64,000 nucleotides of DNA from Chloroflexota bacterium (GTDB taxonomy: Bacteria > Chloroflexota > Limnocylindria > Limnocylindrales > CSP1-4). Position numbers and translations under genes: made by a program. This document shows positions 19,854-33,765 of the stretch, piece by piece (positions within the stretch are counted from its first letter, which is position 1; each line of letters begins with the position of its first letter). The notes beneath the pieces were generated by a model. That model saw only the letters and a list, made by a program, of their open reading frames with translations, did no database searches and was not told the origin of the DNA. The stretch covers positions 40,245-104,244 of the forward strand of contig JAJYGH010000081.1 in the NCBI GenBank assembly GCA_021785175.1, written 5' to 3'.

Positions 19854-22076
19854 ATGGCCGTGCCGTTCCCGCACCTGTTCAGTCCGATCCAGCTCGGGAA
19901 CATCGAGCTGCCGAACCGCGTCGTGCACGTTCCGACGGACATCAGCTCGTCACACGCGGATGGCGAGGTCAGCGAGCGGGACATCCACCATCACGCCGAC
20001 ATCGCGCGCGGCGGCGCCGGCTTCATCATCGTCGGCGCGACCACGCCCGACGCGAAGACCGGTCGCCCGACGGTGACCTGCCTGGTCGCGGACGGCGACA
20101 ACTACATCCCCGGGCTCGCGCGCCTGGCCGAGAGCATGCACCGCTACGGCTCGAAGTGCGCCGTGCAGCTCCAGCACCCGGGCCGGCAGTGCGCGATCCC
20201 GCGCTACAACACCCTCGGGGCGAACGACCGCGTCATCAAGATCCCGTGGTCGGCCGGGCACGAGATCGTCTACGAGAACGCGGAGGAGAAGGGGAAGCAG
20301 ATCCGCGAGGCGTCGATCACCGAGATTCTCGACCTGGTGGACATGTTCTCCGAGGCCGCGTGGCGCGTGAAGCAGGCGGGTTTCGACGCGGTGGAGCTCC
20401 ACGCCGCGCACGGCTACCTGCTCTCCGAGTTCATGAGCCCGGTCCTGAACCGCCGGACGGACCGGTTCGGGGGAACGCTCGAGAACCGGATGCGGTTCAC
20501 GCTCGCGGTCGTCGACCAGATCCGGAAGAAGTGTGGGAAGTCGTTCCCGGTGCTCGTGCGGTACTCGTTCGAGGAGTTCGTGCCGGGCGGGCGCACGCTC
20601 GAGGAGGGTGTCGAGATCGCGCGGATGCTCGAGCAGGCCGGCTGCGCGGGAGTCGACATCAGCCAGGGGATCCAGGAGAGCGCGGGCGCGGGCTTCGACC
20701 CGATGCAGTACCCGCAGGGCTGGGCGACGTACGCCGCCGAGGCCGTCAAGAAAGCGGTCCGCATCCCGGTCATCACGAGCCACTCGCTGCGCGACCCCGA
20801 GTACTGCGAGCGGATCCTGGCCGAGGGCAGGACCGACCTCGTGGGCCTGTCGCGCCAGCTGCTCGCCGATCCATACTGGCCTGTGAAGGCACAGCTGGGA
20901 CGCCTCAAGTCGATCCGGAAGTGCATCTCCTGCCTTGGCGGATGCTGGCAGGAATCGCTGATGGCGAAGCACGAGATCCAGTGCTCGATCAACGCGGCCT
21001 GCGGAAACCCCGAGTTCGCGGAGATGCGCCGGACCGGCAAGCCCGTCCGGGTCGCGGTCGTCGGCGGGGGCCCGGCCGGCATGGAGGCGGCGCGCATCGC
21101 GACCGAGCGCGGGCACCAGGTCACGCTGTTCGAGCAGGCCGGCGAGCTCGGCGGCGGGATGCTGTACGTGTGCCTGGTGCCGGGCAAGGAGAAGATGCGC
21201 TGGTACCTGGACTGGATCCGGGACCAGCTGCTCGACCTGCAGGTCGACATCCGCCTCAACCATGCCCCGACCGTCGACGAGCTGCGCGAGTACGACGTCG
21301 TCCTGAATGCGACGGGCGCCGAGTCGTACGTGCCGGAGGTGCACGGCCGTGCGGACCTCGTCGTGCCGTTCGAGGACGCCATGGCGTGCCCGAAGGTCGC
21401 CTGCGAGTGCCACCCCGGCGGCCGCCGGCTGACGAAGCTGGGGCAGCGCGTGCTGCTGTGGGGCGACCACTACGCGGCCACCGACACGGCGGCGTTCCTC
21501 GGCGCGCACGGCAAGGAGGTGACGATCGTCACCGAGAACCGCGAGTTCGCGGCCGAGACAGAAGTCATCCACATGTACGTGCTGCGCAAGCGGTTCGCGC
21601 AGGGCGACGCCGAGGTGCTCGCGTCGCGGCCGTACAAGCACGCGGTGACGGTGCTGACCGGGACGCGCGTCCTGGAGATCCGCGACGGCGGCGAGGTCGT
21701 GCTGGAGGACCGGGACTTCAACCAGGCGACGGTCGAGGTCGACACGGTCGTGAACTGCCACACGCGCTCCAAGGTGGGCCTGTTCCAGGAGCTGCGGGCG
21801 GCGGGCATCCACGTCCTCAACGCGGGCGACGCGGTCCGGCCGCGGAACCTGTACCACGCGGTGCACGAGGGCAGTGCGTTCGGGCTCGCGGTCGACGAGC
21901 ACATGCTGTTCAACCCGAACCACGCCATGATCAACAACCTGCCGATCGACGTTCTGAGCCAGCTGACGCGACCGGAAGGGCCGGCGTATTCGCGGGTCCT
22001 GATGGAGGAGCAGCTCCGACAACTGACGCCGACGGTCGCCGCAGGGTCCAGGGGGCACTCGAACGGCGAGCGTTGA
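19854..22076 (+). CDS. NADH:flavin oxidoreductase (OYE / 2,4-dienoyl-CoA reductase-like, FMN + 4Fe-4S + FAD)
   Basis: LFSPIQLGNIELPNRVV, ELHAAHGYLL, NRRTDRFGG, CISCLGGC-x12-C, VVGGGPAGMEAA; GGGAGAG RBS. Confidence 0.92.
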   Translation: MAVPFPHLFSPIQLGNIELPNRVVHVPTDISSSHADGEVSERDIHHHADIARGGAGFIIVGATTPDAKTGRPTVTCLVADGDNYIPGLARLAESMHRYGSKCAVQLQHPGRQCAIPRYNTLGANDRVIKIPWSAGHEIVYENAEEKGKQIREASITEILDLVDMFSEAAWRVKQAGFDAVELHAAHGYLLSEFMSPVLNRRTDRFGGTLENRMRFTLAVVDQIRKKCGKSFPVLVRYSFEEFVPGGRTLEEGVEIARMLEQAGCAGVDISQGIQESAGAGFDPMQYPQGWATYAAEAVKKAVRIPVITSHSLRDPEYCERILAEGRTDLVGLSRQLLADPYWPVKAQLGRLKSIRKCISCLGGCWQESLMAKHEIQCSINAACGNPEFAEMRRTGKPVRVAVVGGGPAGMEAARIATERGHQVTLFEQAGELGGGMLYVCLVPGKEKMRWYLDWIRDQLLDLQVDIRLNHAPTVDELREYDVVLNATGAESYVPEVHGRADLVVPFEDAMACPKVACECHPGGRRLTKLGQRVLLWGDHYAATDTAAFLGAHGKEVTIVTENREFAAETEVIHMYVLRKRFAQGDAEVLASRPYKHAVTVLTGTRVLEIRDGGEVVLEDRDFNQATVEVDTVVNCHTRSKVGLFQELRAAGIHVLNAGDAVRPRNLYHAVHEGSAFGLAVDEHMLFNPNHAMINNLPIDVLSQLTRPEGPAYSRVLMEEQLRQLTPTVAAGSRGHSNGER

Positions 22077-22298
22077 CCGCTCGCCGGGCAGATCTCGGAC
22101 GCGGGACGAGGGCCGGCCTTCCCCACGCCGGCCCCGTTCCGGTCCTTGTCACCGGAGCCCGCGGTTCGGCCCGTTCCCGGATCGGGCGCCGCCGTCTGCG
22201 GTCGTGCCGGCGATGGCGCCCGGCCCCGGACGCCCCGGCCACGACGGTGCCGCCGGGCCACGAAGGTGCCGTCGGGTCCGGCGCCGTAACCTGAGCCC

Positions 22299-23096
22299 GT
22301 GGCCATCCTCGCCCTCAAGCTGGTCCTCACGCCGCTGCTGATCGGCGGCGCGAGCCTGGGTGCACGCCGCTGGGGCCCGCTGATCGGCGGGTGGCTCGTC
22401 TCGCTGCCGCTGACCTCCGGTCCGGTCGCGCTGTTTCTCGCCCTCGACCGCGGGCCGGCGTTCGCCGCCCAGGCCGCGGAAGCCTCGGTGGCGGGCAACA
22501 TCGCGATCGTCGCGTTCTGTCTCGCATACGCCGGTGTCGCGCACCGGGCCGGATGGCCGGTGGCGATCGCGGCCGCGGGCGCGGGCTGGCTCGCGGCCGC
22601 ACTCGCGCTCCAGCCGGCTCTCGCGCTGCCGGTGGGCCTGGTGTTCGCGCTGTCCGTGGCGGTCCTGGCGCTCGGCCTGCGATTCATGCCGGCTGGCAGG
22701 CGCTCCGCGATGCCTGCGGCGCCGCCTTCGTGGGACCTCCCGCTGCGCGTCGCCGTGGGCACGGGCGTCGTTGTCGCGCTCACGGCCGCGGCGCCGGCGC
22801 TCGGATCGTCGGCGAGCGGCCTGCTCGCGATGCTCCCCGTCATCGCCACAGTCATCGCGACGTTCACACACCGGCGCAACGGGCCCGACGAGGCGATCGG
22901 CGTGCTCCGCGGGGTCGTCACCGGCCTCTTCGGGACCGCGGCGTTCCTGGCGGTTGTGAGCGCGTCGATCGTGCCGCTCGGCGTCGTGGCCTCGTTCGCG
23001 GCGGCGATCGCGACGGTGGCGCTCGTGCAGTCCTTTGCGCTGTCCTCGCTCCGGCGGCAGGGTGCCGGGACCGCCGTGCGAGAGGTCGGAGCCTAG
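22299..23096 (+). CDS. Multi-pass membrane hypothetical protein
   Basis: About 8 hydrophobic segments, ARRWGPLIGGWLVSLPLTSGP; TAACCT box 6 nt before GTG. Confidence 0.8.
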   Translation: MAILALKLVLTPLLIGGASLGARRWGPLIGGWLVSLPLTSGPVALFLALDRGPAFAAQAAEASVAGNIAIVAFCLAYAGVAHRAGWPVAIAAAGAGWLAAALALQPALALPVGLVFALSVAVLALGLRFMPAGRRSAMPAAPPSWDLPLRVAVGTGVVVALTAAAPALGSSASGLLAMLPVIATVIATFTHRRNGPDEAIGVLRGVVTGLFGTAAFLAVVSASIVPLGVVASFAAAIATVALVQSFALSSLRRQGAGTAVREVGA

Positions 23097-23137
23097 GAAG
23101 AGCGGCGGGGCCGAGACGGTCGCGTCCGCTCGCGCGC

Positions 23138-23986
23138 TCAGGACTCCAGGTCGATTCGCTCCGGGTGCGCGTACACGTTGAAGCCGTCGCCCCGCAGGAA
23201 CCCGATGAGCGTCATGCCGAGGCGATCCGCGGCCTCGACCGCGAGGTCGGTCGGCGCCGAGACGGCGCACGTCACGGGAATTCCGGCCATCGCCGCCTTC
23301 TGCACGATCTCGAAGCTGACGCGCCCGGAGACGAGCAGCAGCGACGCGTGCAGCGGGAGCCGCCGGCCGATCGCCATCGACCCGACCAGCTTGTCGAGCG
23401 CGTTGTGCCGCCCGACGTCCTCGCGGACGCCCTGGGGCCGGCCATCGGCGTCGAACAGCCCTGCGGCGTGGAGGCCTCCCGTCGCGTCGAAGGCCGCCTG
23501 CGCCGCGCGCAGGACCGGCGGCAGCGCGAGCACGGTCGTCCGGGTGACGGCCGGCCCCGGTGGCAGGAGATCGCAGCGGGTCTCGACGTCGTCGAGCGAC
23601 GCCTTCCCGCAGATCCCGCAGCTCGCGGTCACGGCGAAGTGGCGGCTGGCGGTCCGCGAGGCATCGAACGCGCGGGCGAGGCGGACGGTCACGACGTTGT
23701 CGGGGCGGGCGACGACGGCGGGGTCGGCGAGATCGAACCCGACGATCTCGTCGGGAGCGACGAGCCCCTCCGTGACGAGGAACCCCGCCGCGAGTTCCTC
23801 GTCGTGGCCCGGCGTCCGCATCGTCACCGCGACGTCGACAGGCTCCTGCCCGGGGCCTGCGGCACGGATCTCCATCGGCTCCTCGCCCGCGAGCGCGTCC
23901 GGGCGGTTCTGCACGATGGGGCCGCGGACCGCGAGCGTCCGGATTCCGATGATGTCGCGACCGGGTGAGGAGAGCCCTGGATGCAC
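23138..23986 (-). CDS. fdhD: Formate dehydrogenase accessory sulfurtransferase
   Basis: EEPMEI, TMRTPGHD, SCGICGK, TGGLHAA, EDVGRHNALDK, SGRVSFE, SAPT. GTG start at 23986 inferred from a GAGG RBS. Confidence 0.95.
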   Translation of the reverse strand: MHPGLSSPGRDIIGIRTLAVRGPIVQNRPDALAGEEPMEIRAAGPGQEPVDVAVTMRTPGHDEELAAGFLVTEGLVAPDEIVGFDLADPAVVARPDNVVTVRLARAFDASRTASRHFAVTASCGICGKASLDDVETRCDLLPPGPAVTRTTVLALPPVLRAAQAAFDATGGLHAAGLFDADGRPQGVREDVGRHNALDKLVGSMAIGRRLPLHASLLLVSGRVSFEIVQKAAMAGIPVTCAVSAPTDLAVEAADRLGMTLIGFLRGDGFNVYAHPERIDLES

Positions 23987-24122
23987 GGCGTGCCTCGGGA
24001 TGCGTGGCCGGAGCGGGCCAGGCGCGTCACCGGTCGCGCGGCTGCCGCGACCGACCCCGGGACTATAGCGCTCCGTCGCCGCCGGTCCACCCAGGGGGCC
24101 GGTCCTCCTAGACTTGGCCGCG

Positions 24123-24269
24123 ATGCCGCGCCTCGTGACCGCCATGCGCCGCGTCGCCCCGCTCCGCGAGGGCGGCTCGCGCCCCGCGATCGTCGAGGCT
24201 GACGATGACGGGCTCTACGTCGTGAAGTTCCGCCTGGCCGCGGCTCCGTCGAGCTCCGCGGGCTCGTGA
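24123..24269 (+). pseudogene. Truncated N-terminus of a HipA-like kinase (48 aa)
   Basis: MPRLVTAMRRVAPLREGGSRPAIVEADDDGLYVVKFR matches the recognisable PLREGGSxPxxVEADDxGxYVxKF start of this family, then diverges and stops. Not in the ORF track. Confidence 0.7.
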
Positions 24270-24901
24270 ACCCCGCGGCCCGCTCCCCGATCTCTGCCGT
24301 CGTCTTCGACCTCGGGGGCGTCCTGATCGACTGGGATCCCCGCCACCTGTACAGGCGGCTGTTCGCCGGCGACGAGCAGGCGATGGAGGCGTTCCTCGCG
24401 ACCGTCTGCACGCCCGAGTGGAACGCCCGCCAGGACGCCGGCCGGCCCTGGGCCGAGGCCGTCCGCGAACTCGTCGGGCTCCACCCGGACCGGCGGGCGC
24501 TCATCGTCGCGTACCACGAGCGCTGGGAAGAGATGCTGGGGGGCGCGATCGAGGGCACGGTGGCCGTCCTCGGGGACCTGCGCGAGGCCGGGGTCGCCTG
24601 CTACGCGCTCAGCAACTGGTCCGCCGAGACGTTCCCCATCGCTCGGGAGCGCTTCGGGTTCCTCTCCTGGTTCGAGGACATCGTGATCTCGGGCGATCTC
24701 CGGACGATCAAGCCCGACCCCGCGATGTTCCGCGTGCTGCTCGAGCGCCACGCACTCCGGCCCGACCGCACGGCGTACGTCGACGACACGCCGGCCAACG
24801 TCGAGGCCGCGGAGCGGATCGGGCTCATCGCCTTCCGCTTCCGCGATCCGTCCGCGCTGCGGCGCGAGCTCGTGGCAATGGGGCTGCCGATCTGCTCCTG
24901 A
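24266..24901 (+). CDS. HAD family phosphatase/hydrolase
   Basis: VVFDLGGVLIDW, LSNWS, KPDPAMF, YVDD. Confidence 0.93.
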   Translation: MNPAARSPISAVVFDLGGVLIDWDPRHLYRRLFAGDEQAMEAFLATVCTPEWNARQDAGRPWAEAVRELVGLHPDRRALIVAYHERWEEMLGGAIEGTVAVLGDLREAGVACYALSNWSAETFPIARERFGFLSWFEDIVISGDLRTIKPDPAMFRVLLERHALRPDRTAYVDDTPANVEAAERIGLIAFRFRDPSALRRELVAMGLPICS

Positions 24902-25117
24902 CCGTCCTGTCGCGCGCCGCGGTGCGTGAGCGGGGTGCCGCGGTGGGTTGCGCGGTCCTATGATCGGCCGAGGGAAGCTGGAGGGGGCCGGAGCCGGGCC
25001 CCGCACCGACCGGCGCGGACGTTCGATCGACCAGACAGGAGCGGAATGCGTGGGAATGAACGCGCTCCCCGCGCCGGGGCCGCGTGCCGCCGTGCCGGGC
25101 CTGGCGGAGCAGACGTT

Positions 25118-26170
25118 GTGAGCGGGCAAACTGCCGGCGGTGAGGCCGGTGCACTGGGCGGACGGATCCGCGTCGGCGTCGCCGGGAGCGGGTTCATCGG
25201 AGAGACGCATCTCGCGGCGTGGACGGCCGAGGGCGTGCCGGCGGTCGTGTACGACGTGGACGCGGGCCGGGCGGCCGATCTCGCCGGGCAGTTCGGCGCG
25301 GCCACGGCCGCCTCGCTCGAGGCGCTGTTCGCGGCGGTGGACGTCGTCGACGTGTGCACGCCGACCCACCTCCACGCCGGGATCGCGATCCAGGCGGCGA
25401 AGGCCCACCGCCACGTCATCTGCGAGAAGCCGATGGCGCGCACGCTGGCGGACGCCGAGGCCATGATCCTGGCTGCACGCGAGAACGGAGTCCGCCTGCT
25501 GGTCGGCCACGTCGTGCGGTTCTTCCCGGAGTACGTCGCGGCGCGCGACGCCGTGCTCACCGGGCAGATCGGCGATCCGGCCGTCCTTCGCCTGACGCGC
25601 GCCAGCTTCCGGCCGCGGCAGCCGGCGGGCCACTGGTTCTTCGACCACGCGAAGTCCGGCGGGATCGTCCTCGACCTGATGATCCACGACCTCGACTACG
25701 CGCGCTGGGTGGCGGGCGAGGTCGTCGCGGTCGAGTGCCGCTCGGCGATCGTCGAGCGCCCCGAGGCCGGCGTGGACCACGCCGTCGCGATCCTCACCCA
25801 CGCGTCCGGCGCCATCAGTCACATCTCGGCGTCCTGGGCGTACGCGCCGCCCACGTTCCGCACGGCGTTCGAGATCGCCGGGTCCCGCGGTCTGATCGAC
25901 CACGACTCCGCGCTCACGGCGCCCATCACGCCGTCGCTGCTGGCGGGTGCGGACGGCGCCGCAACCACCGCCCTGGCCGACACGTCGCTCAACGGCGACC
26001 CGTTCCGCCGCGAACTCGCGGAGTTCGCGCGGGCGATCGTCGACCGGACGACGACCCGCACGAGCGCGGAGGAGGCGCTCGCGACGCTCCGGCTCGCGCT
26101 CGCCGCCGACGCGTCGGCGCACGAGGGCGGCAGGGTGGTCCGGCTCCAGACAGCGGAGGCGGCGCGATGA
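25118..26170 (+). CDS. Gfo/Idh/MocA family oxidoreductase
   Basis: GVAGSGFIG, CEKPMA, DLMIHDLD. Confidence 0.92.
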   Translation: MSGQTAGGEAGALGGRIRVGVAGSGFIGETHLAAWTAEGVPAVVYDVDAGRAADLAGQFGAATAASLEALFAAVDVVDVCTPTHLHAGIAIQAAKAHRHVICEKPMARTLADAEAMILAARENGVRLLVGHVVRFFPEYVAARDAVLTGQIGDPAVLRLTRASFRPRQPAGHWFFDHAKSGGIVLDLMIHDLDYARWVAGEVVAVECRSAIVERPEAGVDHAVAILTHASGAISHISASWAYAPPTFRTAFEIAGSRGLIDHDSALTAPITPSLLAGADGAATTALADTSLNGDPFRRELAEFARAIVDRTTTRTSAEEALATLRLALAADASAHEGGRVVRLQTAEAAR

Positions 26171-27240
26171 CCGCGCAGGAATCGACCGACGCGCGTGGCA
26201 GGGTCCGCATGGGCGTCCTCTCGATGGAGCACGTGCACGCGGGCTCCTACGTCCCGCTGCTCGCGGAGATCCCTGGTGCCAGCCTCGTCGGCATCTGGGA
26301 TGCTGACCGCGCGCACGCCGAATCGGCCGCGTCGCCGGTCGGGGCGCGTGCCTTCGCGTCGGTCGCGGAGCTGCTCGGACAGGTCGACGCCGTCGTCGTG
26401 ACCGCGCCCAACGCCGAGCACCGTGAGCTCGTCGAGCAGGCGGCGGCCGCAGGCGTCGACGTCCTGTGCGAGAAGCCGCTCGCCACCAGCGTCGCGGACG
26501 CGCGTGCGATCGTCGAGGCGTGCAACGGCGCCGGCGTGCGCCTCATGACTGCGTTCCCGTCCCGCTGGAACCCGGCGCTGCGCTCGCTCCGGACGACGAT
26601 CGTCGCCGGAGGCCTCGGCGAGGTGGTGGCGCTGGAGGGCGTGAACACCGGTGCCATGCCCGACATCCACGCCGGCTGGTTCGTCGACCCCGCGCGCTCG
26701 GGCGGGGGAGCCATCACCGACCACGTCGTGCACCTGGCCGACCTGTACCGCTGGATGCTCGGCTCCGAGGTGGTCGAGGTCTACGCGGTGGCGAACCGCA
26801 TCCTCCAGGAGCGATTCGAACGCGTCGAGACCGGTGGCCTCGTCTCGCTGCGGTTCGCGAACGGCGCGTTCGCGACGATCGACTGCAGCTGGAGCAGGCC
26901 GCGCTCGTACCCGACCTGGGGCGGCCTCTCCATCGCGGCGATCGGGACCGGCGGCGCGATCACCGTCGACGCCTTCAGCCAGCGCCTCCACCTGTACGGC
27001 ACGCGGGAGGCGGGGGTCTCGTGGCCGGACTGGGGCCCGAACTCCGATCGGGCGATGCTCGAGGCGTTCGTCGACGCGGTGCGCGAGCGCCGCGAGCCGG
27101 CCGTGACGGGCATCGACGGGCTGCGCGCGGTCGAGATCGTCGACGCGGCGTACCGGTCGATCGAGGCGGGCGAGCCGGTGCGGGTGGAGGTGACGGGGAT
27201 CGTCTCGGGCAGTGCGGAGACGCTCGCGGAGCTCCGGTAG
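26167..27240 (+). CDS. Gfo/Idh/MocA family oxidoreductase
   Basis: ATGA overlap with the upstream gene; LCEKPLA, GGGAITDHVVH. Confidence 0.92.
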   Translation: MTAQESTDARGRVRMGVLSMEHVHAGSYVPLLAEIPGASLVGIWDADRAHAESAASPVGARAFASVAELLGQVDAVVVTAPNAEHRELVEQAAAAGVDVLCEKPLATSVADARAIVEACNGAGVRLMTAFPSRWNPALRSLRTTIVAGGLGEVVALEGVNTGAMPDIHAGWFVDPARSGGGAITDHVVHLADLYRWMLGSEVVEVYAVANRILQERFERVETGGLVSLRFANGAFATIDCSWSRPRSYPTWGGLSIAAIGTGGAITVDAFSQRLHLYGTREAGVSWPDWGPNSDRAMLEAFVDAVRERREPAVTGIDGLRAVEIVDAAYRSIEAGEPVRVEVTGIVSGSAETLAELR

Positions 27241-27256
27241 CCGGCACCTGCCTGCG

Positions 27257-30955
<3,699 letters not shown>

Positions 30956-31033
30956 CCCGTGGAACGTGCAGCGAACGGCGCACGCGGGCTGGATCCCGAC
31001 CTGGTTCTCGGCGTCCGGTGCGGCCGCGCGGCC

Positions 31034-31570
31034 TCAGTTCGCGGGCTGCCGGGGCTCCGGGAGCGCGTCGGCGATGCGGCGCAGCAGCCAGACGGCCGTG
31101 CGGCGCGCCGCGATGTTGAGCAGCGCGCGGTCCACCGCGACGCCCAGATCCCCGCCCGGCGGCGCGTACTCGCCGTCGAGTACCAGCGAGTCGGCGGTGC
31201 GCGTGAGCGTGCCGGCGAAGACGGGGAACAGCGGCGCGAGGGTCGCGGCCTGCCAGCCGATCTGGACGTGCCACCCGTTGCGCGTGACCTGCACCGCGCC
31301 GAGGTCCACGTACGCGGCCTTGCGGAACACCGCGCGGTCCCTGTTTCCTCCCGCCGCCATACCCAGGTCGACCTGGAAGCGCCGCCCGGTCGCGGCCAGA
31401 TCGGGCGTCCCGTCCGGCATGCGCTCGGCGGAGACCCGCTCGCCCAGCCACGGCAGCTCCTCGCCGGCCATCGTCCGCGCCTCAGACGGCGCGGCTGGGT
31501 CGACCGGCTGCACGAGCCGGAGGTGGACGGTCGCCGGCTGCGCCAGAGCGATGGGCTGAACGCTGATCAT
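31034..31570 (-). CDS. Conserved hypothetical protein (possible SRPBCC/START-like fold)
   Basis: PLFPVFAGTL...LDGEYAPPGG.LG.AVDRALL...A pattern; coding-like usage. Confidence 0.7.
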   Translation of the reverse strand: MISVQPIALAQPATVHLRLVQPVDPAAPSEARTMAGEELPWLGERVSAERMPDGTPDLAATGRRFQVDLGMAAGGNRDRAVFRKAAYVDLGAVQVTRNGWHVQIGWQAATLAPLFPVFAGTLTRTADSLVLDGEYAPPGGDLGVAVDRALLNIAARRTAVWLLRRIADALPEPRQPAN

Positions 31571-31697
31571 GGGTGAATGCTCGCGCCTCGCGCGCGCGGC
31601 GGCAGCGGCCGGGTGGCCGGCTTTTGGCGGTAGCCCGAACCGGGACGGCTCTACCCTGTCGGGTAGGGGCGCGGTGCCGTAGGGGTGGCCGCGGCGC

Positions 31698-32903
31698 TCA
31701 GTGCGCCAGCACCGCGGACAGCGCCGTGACGACGCGTCCGAGGTTGTCCCGCGTGAAGCCAGCGACGTTCACGCGTCCGGCTCCGACCACGTAGACACCG
31801 AACTCCCTCCGGAGCCTCGCGACCTGCTCCTGGTCGAGGCCCAGCAGGGCGAACATGCCTCGCTGTCCGCGGAGTGGCTCCCAGTCGCCGGGGAGGGCGG
31901 ACGCCTCGAGCGCATCGACGAACGCCGCACGATTGCCCCGGATCCGCGCGCGCATTCCCGCCACCTCGAGCTCCCAGTCGTCGCGGAGCGCCGGGTCGCA
32001 GAGGATCGTCTCGACGATCTGGGCGCCGTGGGCCGGCGGGTTCGAGTAGTTCGCCCGGATCGCGATGCGGACGTGGGTCAGCGCCGCCTCCGCTCGCTCG
32101 GCATCGCGCGCGACGATCGTCAGCGCGCCGACGCGCTCGGCGTACAGGGCGAAGTTCTTCGAGAAGCTCGAGCAGACCAGGAATTCGAGGCCGGCCTCGG
32201 CGAGGATCGCGATCGAGGCCGCGTCCTCGCGGATGCCGTCGCCGAACCCCTGGTAGGCGAAGTCGACGATCGGCAGCAGGTCCCGTTCGACGGCCACGTT
32301 CCCGATCGCACGCCACGTCGCGGCGTCCGGGTCGATGCCGGTGGGGTTGTGGCATGCAGCGTGGAACAGCACGACGTCGCCAGGCTCGGCGGTCCGGAGC
32401 GTCGCGAGCATCGCGTCCGCGTCGAGCCGCCGTCCCGTCGCGTCGAGGTACGGGTAGGTCCGCACGTCCATCCCGGCGAGCCGGAAGAGCTGCGGGTGGT
32501 TCGGCCACGTCGGCTGGCTCAGCCAGATCGTGCGGGGATTGCCGGTCTGCAGGAGGAAGTCCGCGGCGACCCGGAGCGCGCCCGTCCCGCCGGGCGTCTG
32601 CGCGGTGACCGCGCGACCCGCGGTCGTGACCTCGTGCCCGATCGGGAAGAGGAGGGACCGCACCGCCGCGCCGTACGCGGCGCGCCCCTCGATCGGCAGG
32701 TATGTCCGCGACCCGGCTGCCTCGAGGATGCGCCGCTCGGCCGCAAGCACCGACGGCAGCACGGGCGTTCGCCCGGTCTCGTCCACGTAGACGCCAACGG
32801 CCAGGTTCACCCTGGACTCGCGGGGGTCGGACCGAAACGCCTCCGTCAGGCCCAGGATGGGGTCGGGCGCGGCGGGATCGAGGGCGCGTGATGGCAGCGG
32901 CAT
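31698..32903 (-). CDS. aspC: Aspartate/aromatic amino acid aminotransferase (AspC/TyrB type)
   Basis: DPILGL, QTPGGTGAL, PTWPNH, CHNPTGID, DFAYQGF, SFSKNFALYAERVG. Confidence 0.92.
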   Translation of the reverse strand: MPLPSRALDPAAPDPILGLTEAFRSDPRESRVNLAVGVYVDETGRTPVLPSVLAAERRILEAAGSRTYLPIEGRAAYGAAVRSLLFPIGHEVTTAGRAVTAQTPGGTGALRVAADFLLQTGNPRTIWLSQPTWPNHPQLFRLAGMDVRTYPYLDATGRRLDADAMLATLRTAEPGDVVLFHAACHNPTGIDPDAATWRAIGNVAVERDLLPIVDFAYQGFGDGIREDAASIAILAEAGLEFLVCSSFSKNFALYAERVGALTIVARDAERAEAALTHVRIAIRANYSNPPAHGAQIVETILCDPALRDDWELEVAGMRARIRGNRAAFVDALEASALPGDWEPLRGQRGMFALLGLDQEQVARLRREFGVYVVGAGRVNVAGFTRDNLGRVVTALSAVLAH

Positions 32904-33025
32904 GAGCGTGTCTCCGGGTGTCGTCTGGACGTGTGGAGACTGTACCGCCCGCGGACGGTCGCGTCCGGGTCGGGGGACGGACCGCGGGAGAGCAGCGGCG
33001 GGTGGTCTCGTCGCGGACGGACTTC

Positions 33026-33076
33026 TGTCAGGGGACGGCCGTTGTCAGGGGATGGCCGTTGTCAGGTGACGGCCGT
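33026..33076. repeat. 17-bp tandem repeat x3
   Basis: tgtcaggggacggccgt / tgtcaggggatggccgt / tgtcaggtgacggccgt; the third copy contains the stop of the adjacent minus-strand ORF. Confidence 0.85.
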
Positions 33077-33553
33077 CCACCGTGCGGAGCGCACGGTCCG
33101 AGCGGGCGTGTCTTCCGGCTCGACTGCTTCTGTCTCGGCGGCTTCCGCCTCGGCCGCTCCATCTGCCTCGGCTGCCTTGGCCGCTTCCCGCCTGTGCCCC
33201 GTGGGTTCCGCATGCGCCGGCGCCCGTGTCGCGGCCTCACCCGGTCGTTCGGCCGGGCCCCGCGTCACGCGCTCCGAGAGCACGATTGCGCCCAGGCTGG
33301 CGAGGCGACGCCGTACCGCCGCCAGCTCTTCCGGGAAGACCTCGACGAGCAGCACGCCCCCGGCCGGCGAGACCACGATCCGCTCGTCGTCACGCGAGAT
33401 ACCAAGCAGCTCGACCAGCGCCTCGCGGGCGGCGCGTCCGAGCAGCGGATCCTGGAAGGTGACGACGAATTGATGCATACGAACCCGGCGCCTGGATGCT
33501 CTCGCGTCCGCACGCCGGCTCCTGCCTTCGAGGGGCGACCACGTGCCGGACAT
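33062..33553 (-). CDS. Hypothetical protein
   Basis: GGGGAG RBS before ATG 33553 (alternative 33478); compact beta-alpha-like core plus acidic tail. Confidence 0.5.
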   Translation of the reverse strand: MSGTWSPLEGRSRRADARASRRRVRMHQFVVTFQDPLLGRAAREALVELLGISRDDERIVVSPAGGVLLVEVFPEELAAVRRRLASLGAIVLSERVTRGPAERPGEAATRAPAHAEPTGHRREAAKAAEADGAAEAEAAETEAVEPEDTPARTVRSARWTAVT

Positions 33554-33765
33554 TGTCGACTCCCCGGTTCGGCGCGTCGTCACCCGGTCTGCGTACCCGG
33601 AGTTGAGGAGACACGACAACGGCGGACGCGGTGTTACACCGGCGTGACGCGGCACCCTGGGCGGCGTCGGCAAGGCGGTTCGCAAGGCGCGCTGGCCCGA
33701 AGTGGCAGGCGCGCCAGTACCTTCGGTGCAGTGTCGCGAGCGCTCGCAGACGGTACGGTCGGGCC

